Part shown: piece after piece, positions 40,805-54,838 of the stretch | Layout of the letters: each line of letters begins with the position of its first letter | Numbering within the stretch: position 1 is the stretch's first letter | Assembly (NCBI RefSeq): GCF_009914755.1 | Contig: NC_060940.1 | DNA: 64,000 nt | Source: the human T2T-CHM13v2.0 reference genome, Homo sapiens | Reading direction: 5' to 3' (one strand) | Position numbers and translations under genes: made by a program | The notes under the pieces: generated by a model | Seen by the model: the letters and a program-made list of their open reading frames with translations, nothing else | The model's database searches: none | Told to the model about the DNA's origin: nothing

Positions 40805-40897
40805 CTGTAATCCCAGCACTTCAGGAGGCCAAGGAGGGAGGATCACTTGAGGTCAGGGGTTCAAGACCAGCCTGGGTAACATAGTGAAACCGCGTCT
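40805..40897 (-). other. 93-nt exonised antisense Alu left-arm cassette inside the retrocopy
   Basis: Minus strand AGACGCGGTTTCAC...GGGATTACAG; both ends match the cryptic antisense-Alu splice positions; no tail or TSD of its own. Confidence 0.85.
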
Positions 40898-41016
40898 CTT
40901 CAGGACCCGGATCTCTCCCGGCCGGCGGCTCGCGGGCGCTTCAGGCGGCTCTGGGGGCTTCAGCGGTCCCGCGGGCCCCGGCTCCACCTCCCCCCATCGG
41001 CGACCCAGGCTGCACC
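40898..41016 (-). pseudogene. PHLPP2: PHLPP2 exon 1 copy (CpG-rich)
   Basis: Reads EVEPGPAGPLKPPEPPEAPASRRPGEIRVLK, matching my recollection of the long-isoform N-terminus; ATG at 40997 is one G out of frame. Confidence 0.82.
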
Positions 41017-41019
41017 TAG

Positions 41020-41487
<468 letters not shown>

Positions 41488-41699
41488 CTGACATCTTTAT
41501 TTCAGGCTCTAACTTTAATCCTGAGCCCCTATTTCCTCTGGCCTACTAGACATTTTGCCTAAGATATCCAGGAAGTATAACATGTCTAAAACTCAACTCA
41601 ATACTCTGGTTTCTCTTCAGATGGTATAAATCTTTCACCTTTTAAAACTCAACTTATTACCTAACCTCTTTCCCTTCAAATGTCTTTTCCTGTGTTTCA

Positions 41700-42050
<351 letters not shown>

Positions 42051-42495
42051 ATCAACTGAGCTATTATTACTATGGGCAAGGTCTTGTGGTAGGCACCATA
42101 TTATTTCAAAGGTCCTAATTAGCATGCAAGGCAGATATTATAAGTCCCCTTGTACAGATGAGTAAACTGAATCTGAGAGCCTAAGCTAATTGGATCAGCA
42201 GGTGACTAAGCCGTGGTTTAACTTCAGGCCAGCTGTCCCCAGCCTCGATCCTCCCCTATACCAGGCTGGCTGCCCTTCCTTATTCAGTTAATAGCAGCAT
42301 CAGCCACTCAGTCGGAAGAAGAAGGCCAGGAGCTCTTCTTCTAGAACATCTCTTGTATCTTCCCCTTTCTACACAGCCACTGTTTTATTCAAGGTTCTCA
42401 TTCCTAAGGTAACAACAGATAGTCTTCTAGATGACTTCTATTTTCCCAGGCCCTTCCCTTCCACTCCAGTCCATACTGTATTTCTTTATGTTATA

Positions 42496-42724
42496 TGGTT
42501 GACCCTTGAACAACATGGGATTGAACTGCACAGTTCATTTATAAGCAGATTTTTTTTTCAACCAAAACACAGTATTCACAGGATGCAAAACCCACTGTGG
42601 AGGCGGGGGTACTTTTTGTAAACTCAGGTTTTATAGGGTCAACTGCAGGGACTTGAGTAAGTATGGATTTTGGAATATGTGGGGATTCTGGAACCCTTCC
42701 CTCACATATACCAAGGGCTGACTG
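42496..42724 (-). mobile_element. MER8 (Tigger2-derived MITE)
   Basis: Terminal inverted repeats gttgacccttg...caagggctgactg, TA-flanked. Confidence 0.8.
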
Positions 42725-43459
42725 TAAATATAAACCCCCAGTGAAGGAACAAAATTTCTGCCTCTTCTTCCTCCTCTGCTCAGAAACCAACACCTCCTCC
42801 TGCAAGATAGAAGCCAAGCATCTTAGCTGGCAGTCAAGGACATTTTCAACCCAGCCCACAACCTACCTTTTTAAACATAGTTATCCATATTTAAGGTATA
42901 CAATGTAGTGTTTTAATATACAAATACATAGTTTAATGCTGACTACATTCAGGAAAATAAGCATATCCACAACCCATCTTTTTTATCTTCTCACTTCCTA
43001 ATGCTCCATTTAATACATTCTTGATCTATCTGCTGCTTCCAGAAAATAACAAGTTTAATTTGCTCTTTTAGAACGATTGAAACTGTTTCTGCTTGAAGTG
43101 ATCCAACAACTCTCTGACTGTCTTTTGGGTCCATTCTCAGTTTCCAATTCTTCCATAAAGCACTCCTGAATACTCTCACCTACTCTCATCTCCCCACTTT
43201 CTGAACTTTTTTGGTTCTCCCACTCATGCAGTGATCTCTGTCTCTCTCTCTCTCTGTCAGTTATCTGCTACTTTGAAAGATTGTTGTCTTATTTCAATTG
43301 TGGGTGTCTTGAATTGTTGTCATATTTCGTTATTTAACACATACAATGCATTGCTATTTAACTGCATCTTATTTCCCTAGCTAGGCAGTAAGTGCCTAGA
43401 AGTCAGGTGATGGGACTCTTTCTTAATCCGGCCATAGTTCCTAGCACACTTCTTATTAT

Positions 43460-43640
43460 AGCTCTTCTCAACACTGGCTGCACATTAGAGTCTCCAGTGG
43501 AGCTTTATAAAAAATACAAATGCCTGGTCCCAAAACCAGAGATTTAGATTTAATCATTCTGAAATGAAGCCAGGCATTGGTATATTTTAAATCTTTCCAG
43601 ATGATTCTAATGTGCAGCCAGCCTTAGAGCCAGTGATTTA
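43460..43640. mobile_element. MER5-type hAT-Charlie relic
   Basis: ctcaacactggctgcacattagag...gattctaatgtgcagccag. Confidence 0.75.
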
Positions 43641-44529
43641 TCACATCACAGATACCCAGAAAATGCTTGATGGATGTTTGATTGATTGACCTGAGTCCAG
43701 ATGTGGGCCCAAATTTCCTAATTAACTACCCAAATGTATTTGGCTACCAGAAAAAGGTGGCTAACCCAATAGACTTAATAAATATTGTTTGGGGCTGAAG
43801 ATGGTAATCTTGATGTTGACAGTGATTATGGTGATGATGATAAAAATCTGAAACAAATTCTGGCATTTCTAGTCTCAGCACAGGACAACAGTTCCCCAAA
43901 AAGAAATCAGATCGGCCCAGCTTCGATTTTTGCAAATTCTTTTCTTCCCTAAGAGGTGCCTTGTGCCTTTCCAGTCACTCTAGATGGGACTCTGCAAGAC
44001 AACAGGCTTCCTGGATCAGTGGAGCAGACTCACTGGGAATAACCTAGTTCCTCCTCATTCCCAAGGCCACAGTTTATAAAAAGCTTAGTTAATTTGTCAT
44101 TGTGAGAAACTTTTGGACACAACTAAGTTCCTTTCTTAATGAGGCGTTGCTCCCAGGGAATGGGTAGGGACACAGCCTTTTAGTCTATGGCCTAAAAGGT
44201 TTGGGAAGGACAGAAGTTCCTTCAATAGTTGTTGCCAGTTGTTTAGAGACATTTAGAGACATTTACTCATTTGCTAATGAGGCAAGAGTCATGGCTCCAT
44301 CCCCTCATTTAGCATGGAGTTTTGCTTCATTCTGTGAGTGGTGTTCACCCCTAATCTCACTCAGTCTTGCAAATGCCACTGGAGTATTCATATAGATGGT
44401 GAAAGAGGGGGAGGATTGGAGAGAGCATCTTTATCCATAAAAGGTCACCATAGGTATAGCCCAAGCATTTAGGACTGGGACTGTTTCATTTTATAGCAGG
44501 TCTGATTTAGAATTATCTTGACTAGAAGG

Positions 44530-44912
44530 TAATATGGTTTGGCTCTGTGTCTCCACTGAGATTTCATGTCAAATTGTAATCCCCACTTGTTGGAGGAGGA
44601 GCCTGCTGGGAGGTAATTGAATCACAGGGACAGACTTCCCCTTTACTGTTCTCATGATAGTGAGTGAGTTCTCACGAGATCTGGTTGTTTGAAAGTGTGT
44701 AGCACCTCCGTCTTCACTCTCTCTCTCTCTCTCCTGCTGCCATGTGAAGACGTGCTTGCTTCCCCTTCCACCATGATTGTAAGTTTCCTGAGGCCTCCCC
44801 AGCTATGCTTCCTGTACAGCCTGTGGAACTGTGAGTCAATTAAACCTCCTTTCTTTATAAATTACCCAGTCTCAGGTAGTTCTTTATAGCAATGTGAGAA
44901 TGGACTAATACA
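44530..44912 (+). mobile_element. MSTA-type solo LTR
   Basis: taatatggtttgg...ggactaataca; TSD gaagg/gaagt. Confidence 0.88.
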
Positions 44913-45431
44913 GAAGTCAAATGATATTTAGGATGGAAAAATTAAGCCTGTTTTTTCTTTGTCTTTAGCTTAACTTTTATTTAAAGCCTGAAAAAACTAG
45001 GATAGGCCCAAGCAGATCAGAAACAGAGGGCCTTGGGTGGTGCTTATTTTTTGGGCAACATTCAGAATATATCAAGAAGGCAGAGTAGTGCAGTATTCAG
45101 GAGCAAAGCTCTGGAGTTGAACTGCCTGTTCCCAAACCCCACATTGATCTTTGGAAATTAAAGATCTCTTGCCTCTTGAGGCTTCAGTTTCCATATTTGT
45201 AAAATTGGATAATAATAGCAAGTAATAGTGACAATCTCATCAGGCATGAGAGAGATTGGGTTTGTGGGAGCCATGGCATTAAAGAACCCTGTGGCTATTG
45301 CAAGTCACAGTGTGGACCCGCATCCTTGTTCCCCACAGCCTGGCTTCTGTTTAGCACACTTACTTAAGGGAACCAGCTTTTCATTTCATTGGCCAATGAA
45401 GGGTAATAGGGATTTTTTGTCCACATCCTAA

Positions 45432-45720
45432 TGCTATACTCATTGGGTTTTAGTCAGAAAAGCAGAAACCATTCCAGGACTTCCAAACAGCAGCAGTTTA
45501 ATATGGGGAACTGGTGACACTGGTAATGCAAGAGCCAAGACGTCAAGAAGAGGATAGTGAGGAGAGCCAGAAATTAGCAAGAGCAGGAAGTCACTATCAC
45601 CCATGAGCTGCAAGGACAATGGAAGGAGTGAGTGGATTACAGTCCAGGAGCCAGGCCTCCAGGGGGGAGCTAAAACCATGTCAGGGGCTGCTGGAAAGAA
45701 CCTGGGGCAATGGAGGGAGG
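45432..45720 (-). mobile_element. Ancient MLT1(M/N)-like LTR fragment
   Basis: gtcagaaaagcagaaaccattccagg...tttaatatggggaactggtgacac. Confidence 0.5.
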
Positions 45721-45811
45721 GACTGGCTCTCCTCAGTATCCTCTGCTTGACTTCTTGGCTCTTGCACTACCGGTGTCACCAGTTCCCCATATTAAACTGC
45801 TGCTGTTTGGA
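45482..45811. repeat. Inverted repeat: 89-bp arms (45482-45570 and 45723-45811), 5 mismatches, 152-bp spacer
   Basis: Direct base comparison; outer 39 bp perfectly complementary. Confidence 0.97.
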
Positions 45812-45968
45812 GGCAGAGGCTGTGGAAGGGACACAGTCACTGCCAGAGACAACAGTCAGCACCAAGAAGGTATGATTTTCCGTGACACCACTTGGTCCCA
45901 AGGAGCAAGGAAGTCTGGGAGATATGGTTTCCTATGACACCAAGTGAGATAGAGAATACAGGGAATGA

Positions 45969-46257
45969 GGCCAGATAGGTGGCTCATGCCTGTAATCCCA
46001 GCACTTTAGGAGGCTGAGTCAGAAGGATTGCTTGAGGTCAGGAGTTTGAAACAAATTGGGCAACACAGTGAGGTCCTGTCTTTACAAAAAAAAAAAAAAA
46101 AAAATAGCCAAGCATGATAGCATGCACCTGTAGTCCCAGCTAGTCAGGAAGCTGGGGTGAGGATTGCTTGAGCCCAGGAGTTTGAGGCTACAGTAAGCTA
46201 TGTCTGTGCCACTGCACTCCAGCCTGGGTGATAGATCAAGACCCTGACTCTAAAAAA
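45969..46257 (+). mobile_element. AluJ
   Basis: Dimer with J diagnostics. Confidence 0.9.
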
Positions 46258-47911
46258 GAGAGACTGAATGAAGGAAATAGATCTGAGGGAAGACAGGTAG
46301 CTGACAAGCACAGCTCTTTTCCCACTTCCTAATCTCCCCTGAAGCCAGCACAGAATTGTGTCTCTTTGGCTGAACTAAAATTCAAAAAGGCACTTCTTAC
46401 CTGGGAAGTGTCAAAAGGCAGAAGGGTGCTGGAACCACGGTGCAGACCCAGGACTGTTCTTTCGGGGTCTGGAATAACAGAGAAAGCAGGAAGGGAATGA
46501 TGCTGAGATTGTGGGGATTGCAGTGGCTTGTTTTCTTTCATTTTTATTCCCTAACAACTGCTTCAGTTCTTTTCATTATTAATCTGGGAGTTTTTTTATG
46601 TTCTCTGCACATCCTTGGAAGATTAATTTAAGCCAAATCTTCACTACCACAGAGGCTAATTCATTTTTCTGACTCTTTGAACAAAGAACAACTATTATTT
46701 CTTATCAACAGAAAAGCACAACTTTCTGAGTTAAAAGCCAGAAGAATTGCAAGCCTCCTTGGCAATTTGGAGCCTTGAGACAGTCAGGGAATCTCAGAAC
46801 AGGCTGTGTTTCTTGTGGGACTTTTCATATTGTGTTAGAGGAAGGAAAGAAGAGGATGGCCTTTGCCACATCAGGCAAAGACTTCAGGACCAAGGGCCTC
46901 TCCTCTCTCTTGCCCTCTTCCCACCTCAGTTCTGAAAAAAAGAGGTTTCCCTTCAGCCAGTGGGTAAATGCATAGTGGGGGACCCAGTTCTGCTGGTGGG
47001 TAAATGAAATATTTAGTCTGTGAGCTGAAGGGAATCTTTTATCTTTTGTCCGAAGTTCAGAAGCTGGGGCCTTCAAGCAGAAACTAAATTACAGCAGAAG
47101 CTCTCCAGGGGGAACTGAGAGACAGCGAATTCTGGAAATGCCAAGTAAGCCTGGCAATTGCAAGAGAAATAACCCTGGATTTCCCCCTCTCCTGCCCTTC
47201 AATTCTGGAGGAAGAATCAAAACAAAGACCTTAAAGCCACACAATCTCAGAGCCAGAATGTGTAGGTTTCTATCAAACGTCCCCTCCCCAATCCTTCCCC
47301 AAGCACACACAGAGAATCCCGGATGCTGCTAGAACACTTCCACCACTGGAAAGCTCAGGACCCTCCATCCCGTTGGTGGCTGCCCCAGTCATTACAGATT
47401 TTCTTCCTTTCACTGAGCCAAATCTGTCCACTGGCTTCCAGGAAGAGGAGGCCTGGTCTGTGCCCCTGCCTGGCAAAGCCCCGTAGACTTTCCTCAATCT
47501 TTCAAGTGTCTTCTTTATCTTCTATCCTGCTTACAACATAAGCACCACATTCAGCTTTGGGTTTTATATGTCGGCCTGCTAAGTATCTGAACCAGGTTTA
47601 TCCAAAATTTGTCACAGTATATGAATTGATGTTCTTTGAAAAAGAACAAAGAAAGTTTTATGGTCAAATAAGCTTTGAAAATGCTGGGTTAATAAGCTTT
47701 GGTGGTCACACTAAGTGTTCATCTACATCCCTGGCTCTTCCCACTTTGGCACCCGCCAGCCCCACTGCCACTGTCATCACCTGCACTGCTTTACCTGAGG
47801 GCCCTGTCTGGTCCTTGGAGCCCACTTTTTCTGCCCAGGCAACAAGAAGTGTGAAGGAATCAAAACTCTCCAGGAGCAGCCCTCAACCAGAGACGGACTG
47901 GAGTTGGTGTG

Positions 47912-48282
47912 TGATATGGTTTGGCTGTGTCCCCACCCAAATCTCATCTTGAATTGTAGTTCCCATAATTCCCATGTGTTGTGGGAGGGACCCAGTGGGA
48001 GGTAATTCAATCATTGGGGTGGGTCTTTCCCATGCTGTTCTCGTGATTGTGCATAAGTCTCATGAGATCTGATGGTTTTATAAAGGTAAGTTCCCCTGCA
48101 CAACTTCTCTGTCTTGCCTGCTGCCATATAAGATGTGGCTTTCGCCTTTTGCCACCCCTATGCCAAGATTGTGAGGCCTCCCCAGCCAGATGGAACTGTA
48201 AGTCCATTAAACCTCTTTTTCTTTATAAATTACCCAGTCTCAGGTATGTCTTTATCAGCATCATGAAAACAGACTGATAACA
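47912..48282 (+). mobile_element. THE1B/C solo LTR
   Basis: tgatatggtttggctgtgtccccacccaaatctcatcttg...aaaacagactgataaca. Confidence 0.9.
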
Positions 48283-49726
48283 CTGTGTAAATACCCCGGC
48301 TCTCCCACACCACCCTTTGGGTGGGATGACACTGAGGCCCTTGTTCTGAGGGCTGCCAAAGTTCCCCTGCAGCATGAAGCTTCTATTCACCATGGGAACT
48401 GGCTCCACAAAACATCCTTTATCCCCTGCTTTCCTTCCTGATCTCATTCCCACGCCTTCCAGGAAACAGGAATCTTTGTCTCAGTAAATGCTCATGGGGA
48501 ACCCAAACTAAGACACAGTCAACTTGTAAATTTCCAAGCAAGGGCTATAGTCCAAGCCCTTTCCAAAACTTATTTGACTGAGAAACTCTTTTCTCACAGT
48601 TCACCTGGAGGGACTAGGGTTCTGGAGGACACGCTTAGGGAAGCTCCGTTCTGGCCCTGGGCAGGATGCAGACCTGTCATGGAGTTCCTGAGGGGAGAAG
48701 TCAAGGACAGCATGATAGCATGGATGATCAGGGTGTGAAGCAAGAAAGACATTGAGTGGGAATATCCAGCCACCCAGAAACACCTGGAGTTGAGACTCCC
48801 CAGGGGCGGAGTCCTCTCAGAGACAGTCTGAGAGGAAGTGGCTGATGTGGGCATTGAATACGTTCATCTGCTGCTACGGATTTGGGGTCTTGTTCTCACA
48901 CTTCAAGTGCAGTGTGTGGATTAGACTAATTCGGAGTGGATTCATGCTTCACAAAAAAATCATACTGTAGCTGCCTGTGCGAGAATTAACCCACCTGCTC
49001 TGCTTCTACCTGTAAGGAAATGGTACCAATTTCCTCAAGCTGCAAGACTGAGAGACAGAGACACCCCAGGATTGGGCAATTATGTTAGGAAATTCAACAT
49101 TCGAGATGAATGGAAAATGGCTGGGGACTTTTTCTCAACAACTTGGCTCGAACAGGATTGATTCCAGGACTGAGAAGTATTCAAGTGACTCAGTGCCTGC
49201 AGTGATATAAAATAGGATCATTTGGTAGCTGGAAAATCTAAGGTGTGCCCTATCATCAAAGCACCGGCATTTAATAAAGTTGATTAAGGATGTTGAAGCA
49301 GCAAGGAGGGAAACCAACCATGGAACACCGGGTCAACCCTGCATTAGGAGTCCGGAACATCACAGAGACACAGGGAGATGTCTTCTAAATTTCTGCATGG
49401 ACCAGGAGACTTTTTCTTGCCTCTAGAAGGACATGGAATGTTCTTTCTGGAACACCCCCCAGCACTGGCTCAGGACATCTCTGTGAGGGTTCTTAGAGGA
49501 CTCAGGGAATGCTGTCTGCACCTGCACACACAGGTGTGTGGGTTTCCTCTGGGCATTGGCTGCATGTTAGGCATTTGGTATTCTGTCCTATACATGATGG
49601 GATAAAGTGTTTAAGAGATAAATGTTCCAAGACCTTCCTGATCTACCCATGAATAAACAACCTGACTGGGACTGCCCTCTACCCCCTGAGAAGGGCACTG
49701 CTTGGCAGACCAGCTGCTTATACTCA

Positions 49727-50230
<504 letters not shown>

Positions 50231-50374
50231 TTAGTCCAGGACAGAAGTGCTTGCTTTGAAATTACTCTTGATTGCTGGACTGGACTTTCTTGACCTCAAA
50301 TACACCGTGGGATTGGGTATTGTGAGTCATGGCTTAAAGTACTACTGAGATGTACGTCCAGACCCTGAGCCTTT

Positions 50375-50670
50375 TTTTTTTTTTTTTTTTGAGACGGAGT
50401 CTCGCTGTCGCCCAGGCTGGAGTGCAGTGGCGCAATCTCGGCTCACTGCAGGCTCCGCCCCCTGGGGTTCACGCCATTCTCCTGCCTCAGCCTCCCGAGT
50501 AGCTGGGACTACAGGCGCCCGCCACCTCGCCCGGCTAATTTTTTGTATTTTTAGTAGAGACGGGGTTTCACCGTGTTAGCCAGGATGGTCTCGATCTCCT
50601 GACCTCGTGATCCACCTGCCTCGGCCTCCCAAAGTGCTGGGATTACAGGCGTGAGCCACCGCGCCCGGCC
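50375..50670 (-). mobile_element. Young AluY, AluYe5-like
   Basis: GGGCGAGGTGG, AACCCCAGGGGGCGGAGCCTGC, GACAGCGAGAC variants; CpGs intact; perfect TSD agaccctgagccttt at 50360-50374 and 50671-50685. Confidence 0.9.
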
Positions 50671-53600
50671 AGACCCTGAGCCTTTAAACAAATCTACCCA
50701 CTCACAATAGGCACAGCTAAAGACCAATAAAAATGGGGGGACTGTCTTGAATCTTCTCTCTCCTTTTATCTTTGCTCCTCACTGTCTACTCCAGTCTTCT
50801 GTTTACTTCTGACTTTTCAGTAGTTCTCCCATTTTTGGTTACAAAATTTCTCTTTGAATTTGAATAAGGAAATTGACTTTCATAGTATTGATTCTTGCTC
50901 TCCTTAAGAAAAATCTTTTCCTCCCTTCTGTCTCTCCCCTATCCTAAGCCTCCAGGGTGAGCACCAGCCCAGCCTGGCTCCAGTTCCTGAACCACCCCAA
51001 TGCCTGTTAACTGGGCTTGTTCTGCATCTCACTCCCACCTTGCAGGGCCATGAGACAGTGCAGTGTATGTCTGTTTCCCTGGTAGACTGAGCTATGTCTT
51101 ATTGTTGCATCCTTCCCTGCTCCTAGCACTGCCTCTATTCCATAACAAGGGTTCACTGAGTATTTGTTGATTTCCAGACACAAGATCAGCTGTAGGTCTC
51201 AGCCTGGAGGAGATGTTAATAAGAACTGTGACACTTGGAATTTACCATTGAGATGCTTAAATGTGTTAACAGAAATTCCAGAAAGCTAGAGAGGCTCTTG
51301 GATAAATTAGAAATCATGAGGAAAAGAGATGTTATTTTCTCGTCAACAGCCAATTCACTAATGATTTAACCAAGTCAATAGCTCATGGGACCTCCGTGAC
51401 CTTACCACACTGAATTGCTGTTTCTCCTTTTGCTTTTAGAGGTCAATCCTCTCCTGGCCCAGCTAATTTTTCCCCAGCTGGGCTGCACTTTCTTGAGGCC
51501 CCTGGACTCCTGCCTGTGTAGCCTCTCCCCTCAGTCACCTGCCTCCTCACCTCATCCAGAAGCTGGAGCCAGATACAACCCAGGTTTCCTTAGGTCTGTG
51601 ATTAAATATTGAGTTGTTTCTGATTGGACTGCTCACTTTTCCCATTTTTCTTTACTTTTTTCACAAATTTTTTGGTAACTACTATGAGCCAAGCCCTCTG
51701 GCAGGCATTGGGACTACAGTGAGTCTCTGACATCAAGAGGCTCCAGCATGATGGGGAAGACAGACAAGCCAGCGGAGAATTGCAAAATGCTGTTCTATAG
51801 GTTGCTGGGGCATTGCAGAGGCAGGGAGGTGGACCACCAACCTAGATGAGGCTGGGCTATGTTTGAAGTGGGGGTTGAGGAGGGGAATGGAGTACAATAA
51901 AACACCCATACAATAAACGTCTTCCGCTGCATCATTACCATGGACCCATGACCCTGCCTCCCAGACAGATGTGCTAGGCCCTGCTGCTGTAACAAAATCT
52001 CAACCCAACAATGATTTATCATTCATTTAACATGCCAGAAACTGACTTCTTGCTCATACTAGCTGTTCTATTCAGATCAGCTAGTGGTAGGAGTCGGGAG
52101 GAGAAGGGAGCATTCTTCACACACTCACTTGGGAGCTCAGGATGATGGATGGAAGCTCCTCCATTTGAAATGTCATCTGTGACTAAAGCAAGGAAAGAGA
52201 CATCTAGAGGGTTTTGCACTGGCTCTTCCATACAGCCATCCTCGCTGACATGTGTCAATTCCATTTAAGCCTGTTAACGAAAATTGCAAGATAACTGCAA
52301 AAAATCCCTTCCCTAAGAGCAAAGGGGCTGGGAATGGCGAGGGGAGAAGTAGATGGAAAGTTTGATGGGACCACTGACTCTGCTACAGGTAGGAATATCA
52401 TTTCCCCCACTTTCCTTCACTAGATGAGGAATAGGGGCACCATTGAAGGAGAGCCACCAACCCATACTGTCAGGCCTGAGATCCCATTGCCCTGGCTCCA
52501 ATTCATTCACAGGACATTGTGAAGCCTGAGTCCTTAGGAAACCCTTGTGTGAGGTTCATTTTCCTTGGAAATGATAATCACTGCTAGATCTGACTGATCC
52601 TGGTCTTCTTTTCATAGTACAGGTACTGTCACCATCAGGAGACAGTATAGGGCAGTGTTTCCCTGACATGGCATCCATCAATGTCCTAGGTCTCTTCCCA
52701 GTGAACTCTGCCCACAGGGACTTCACTTTGCTCCCAGTCGCAAAACACAATCACGTAGCAGCGTACTCTTCAATCTTGATATTTCAGATTTTCCTTCACT
52801 CTCATTCTCATTCTCTTCTGTGATACCAGTTCCTGGAATTACTGCCATGTTTCCATGTTTCGGTTTAATCATATAGCTCATCTCTGGGGTTGCTGTCACG
52901 AGGGGCTTCATACAAACCACTTTTGATAATCATTTTTCAATGTCTTCTCACCCCTCCCTGATACCTCTCCTACACACTAGTGTCCTAGGCATGGTCTTTC
53001 TGTTCTCAGCTTGGACTCATTTATTAAAGCTGTTTAAATTTGTTTTCTGCCTAGGTCTATTAATACAGTGCATGTCAATGCCATTGCCTTCCTTAATTCT
53101 ACATGTGCTGTAGATTTTGACTCAGGGGATATGCACCAGTCCACACGTGTTAGCTTATTGGAAGGCGGAGGGGAGAGGTTTGGCTGAGTAGTGGGAGTTT
53201 GAATGGCCTCTGCAGATTGGCCTTCTCCTTACTCCTCCAGTGCATCCACGTTGGTTTCTCTTTCTCATCTCCTCTTATGAGCTCCCCTTGGCTGCAGTCT
53301 CCTTCCAGGCAGGCACCATGTCTTCCCTGCACTCATGAGAGTGTACGGGGCCTGCTGGCTGTCAGATCGATCAAGCACTCCACCCCTGTTTCCTCTACTT
53401 CCCCCTCACAGATCTTCCCAATTTATGAGGGGCAGGAGTAGCCAGGAGGACTCTCAGCAGCCTTGGAGGGCAAAGGTGCCCTGGCTATCACTTGGGGATG
53501 CTTGCCTCCCTCCTTGGCTTTTATTCTAATATAATTTCAGGGAAATCTGAAATACTGCCTACTGAGGACCCTACCTGAAGGAAAATAAAGCTATTGTGGT

Positions 53601-53729
53601 TTGAGCTGAAACACTGTCTAGCTCATTAGAGGTGACCAGGCTAGCACGGCCCCGCTGCTCTGTCTGAATTTAGAGGGAGACCATCCTGGGGTGGGGAGTC
53701 ACAGGTGAGGTGGAGATGAGTAGTCCCTG

Positions 53730-53768
53730 GTGTGTGTGTGTGTGTCTGAGAGAGAGAGAGAGAGAGAA
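53730..53768. repeat. (TG)n(AG)n compound microsatellite
   Basis: Direct inspection. Confidence 0.9.
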
Positions 53769-54180
53769 TGGCAGAGAGTAACACACTGTATGAGGAGCAT
53801 GGTAGAATGAAAGAACTGAGAAAATTAAGACTCCAGACCCCAACTTGCTCAAGTTGCTCTTAGGCAAACCACTCTTGCCTTTGAGACCCCATCAATCCTC
53901 CAGTGACATGAGCAGTCAGAACTTCATGGCTTCAAAGTTCCTTCCAACTCTGAATGTCTATGGTTTTATGAATGAGCACTGACTAGAGCATCATTTTTCG
54001 ACCATGGGCAATTTATTTCAACTTTTTATGCTTTAAGATGTTTTTAAAATTCCAAATGGATGATAATCCCAATTCAAGAAACTGTTGTGATCATAAAAGG
54101 AGATTAAAGATGTAAACACACTGAAAAAATTGTGTGGTACTTTAAAAATGCAAGTTACTTAACTTGCCTATATGCCTTGC

Positions 54181-54662
54181 TGTCTTGTAGTCCACCCAGG
54201 CTGCTATAACAATGAAATATAATACAGAGTAATTTCACAGTTCTGGAGGCGGAGAAGTCCAACAGCAAGGCACCAGCAGATTTGGTGTCTGCTGAGAGCC
54301 CACTCCTCATAGATGGTGCCTTCTACATAACCTCACATGGCAGAAGGGGCAGACAAGCTCCCTGGGCCTCTTTTTTTTTCTTTTCTTTTTTTTTTTTGAG
54401 ACGGAGTTTCACTCTTTTGCCCAGGCTGGAGTGAAGTGGCACTATCTCAGCTCACTGCAACTTCTGCCCCAGGGTTCAAGTGATTCTCCTACCTCATCCT
54501 CCAGAGTAGCTGGGATTATAGGCACTCGCTGTCACACCCGGCTAATTTTTTTTTTTTTTTGTATTTTTAGTAGAGATGGGGTTTTGCCATGCTGGCCAGG
54601 CTGGTCTCGAACTCCTGACCTCAGGTGATCCACCCCCTTTGGCCTCTTTTATAAGGGCACTA
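54181..54662 (-). mobile_element. MSTD/MLT1A-like LTR interrupted by an AluS (54375-54640)
   Basis: cacagttctggaggcggagaagtcc...; Alu TSD ggcctctttt at 54365 and 54641. Confidence 0.8.
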
Positions 54663-54664
54663 AG

Positions 54665-54838
54665 TGTGGAAAAACTCAACCCACTTTTCATCTGCTGTCA
54701 CACTACAACAATCAACACATGGACTTCTGTGACCAAATATGTGGTGGTTTTCCCCACACACAATTCTGCAGCAGTGGACACCAGCTGGGTGTCCTGAAAT
54801 TCAATTCCATTCTGAAACCTTCCACCTAGAGATAGCCA
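54665..54838 (-). mobile_element. MER21-like LTR fragment
   Basis: cttctgtgaccaaatatgtgg...ggacaccagctgggtgtcct...aattcaatt. Confidence 0.65.

Larger units (their letters stand above)
39338..41016 (-). mobile_element. Chimeric retroposon: PHLPP2 5' exons spliced into an SVA_A-type element
   Basis: Perfect TSD tagagtagaattttt at 39323-39337 and 41017-41031; T-tract to 39360; AATAAA at 39370-39365; no (CCCTCT)n hexamer. Confidence 0.95.

Noticed and set aside
40294-41016. The functional PHLPP2 gene itself
   Set aside because: Intronless, lacks the second exon and everything after half of the PH domain, fused to an SVA and bounded by a TSD: a retrocopy
52556-52920. Two overlapping short minus-strand ORFs that look protein-like (EENENESEGK...)
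   Set aside because: No homology recognised, stops in all frames; would need tblastx to revive
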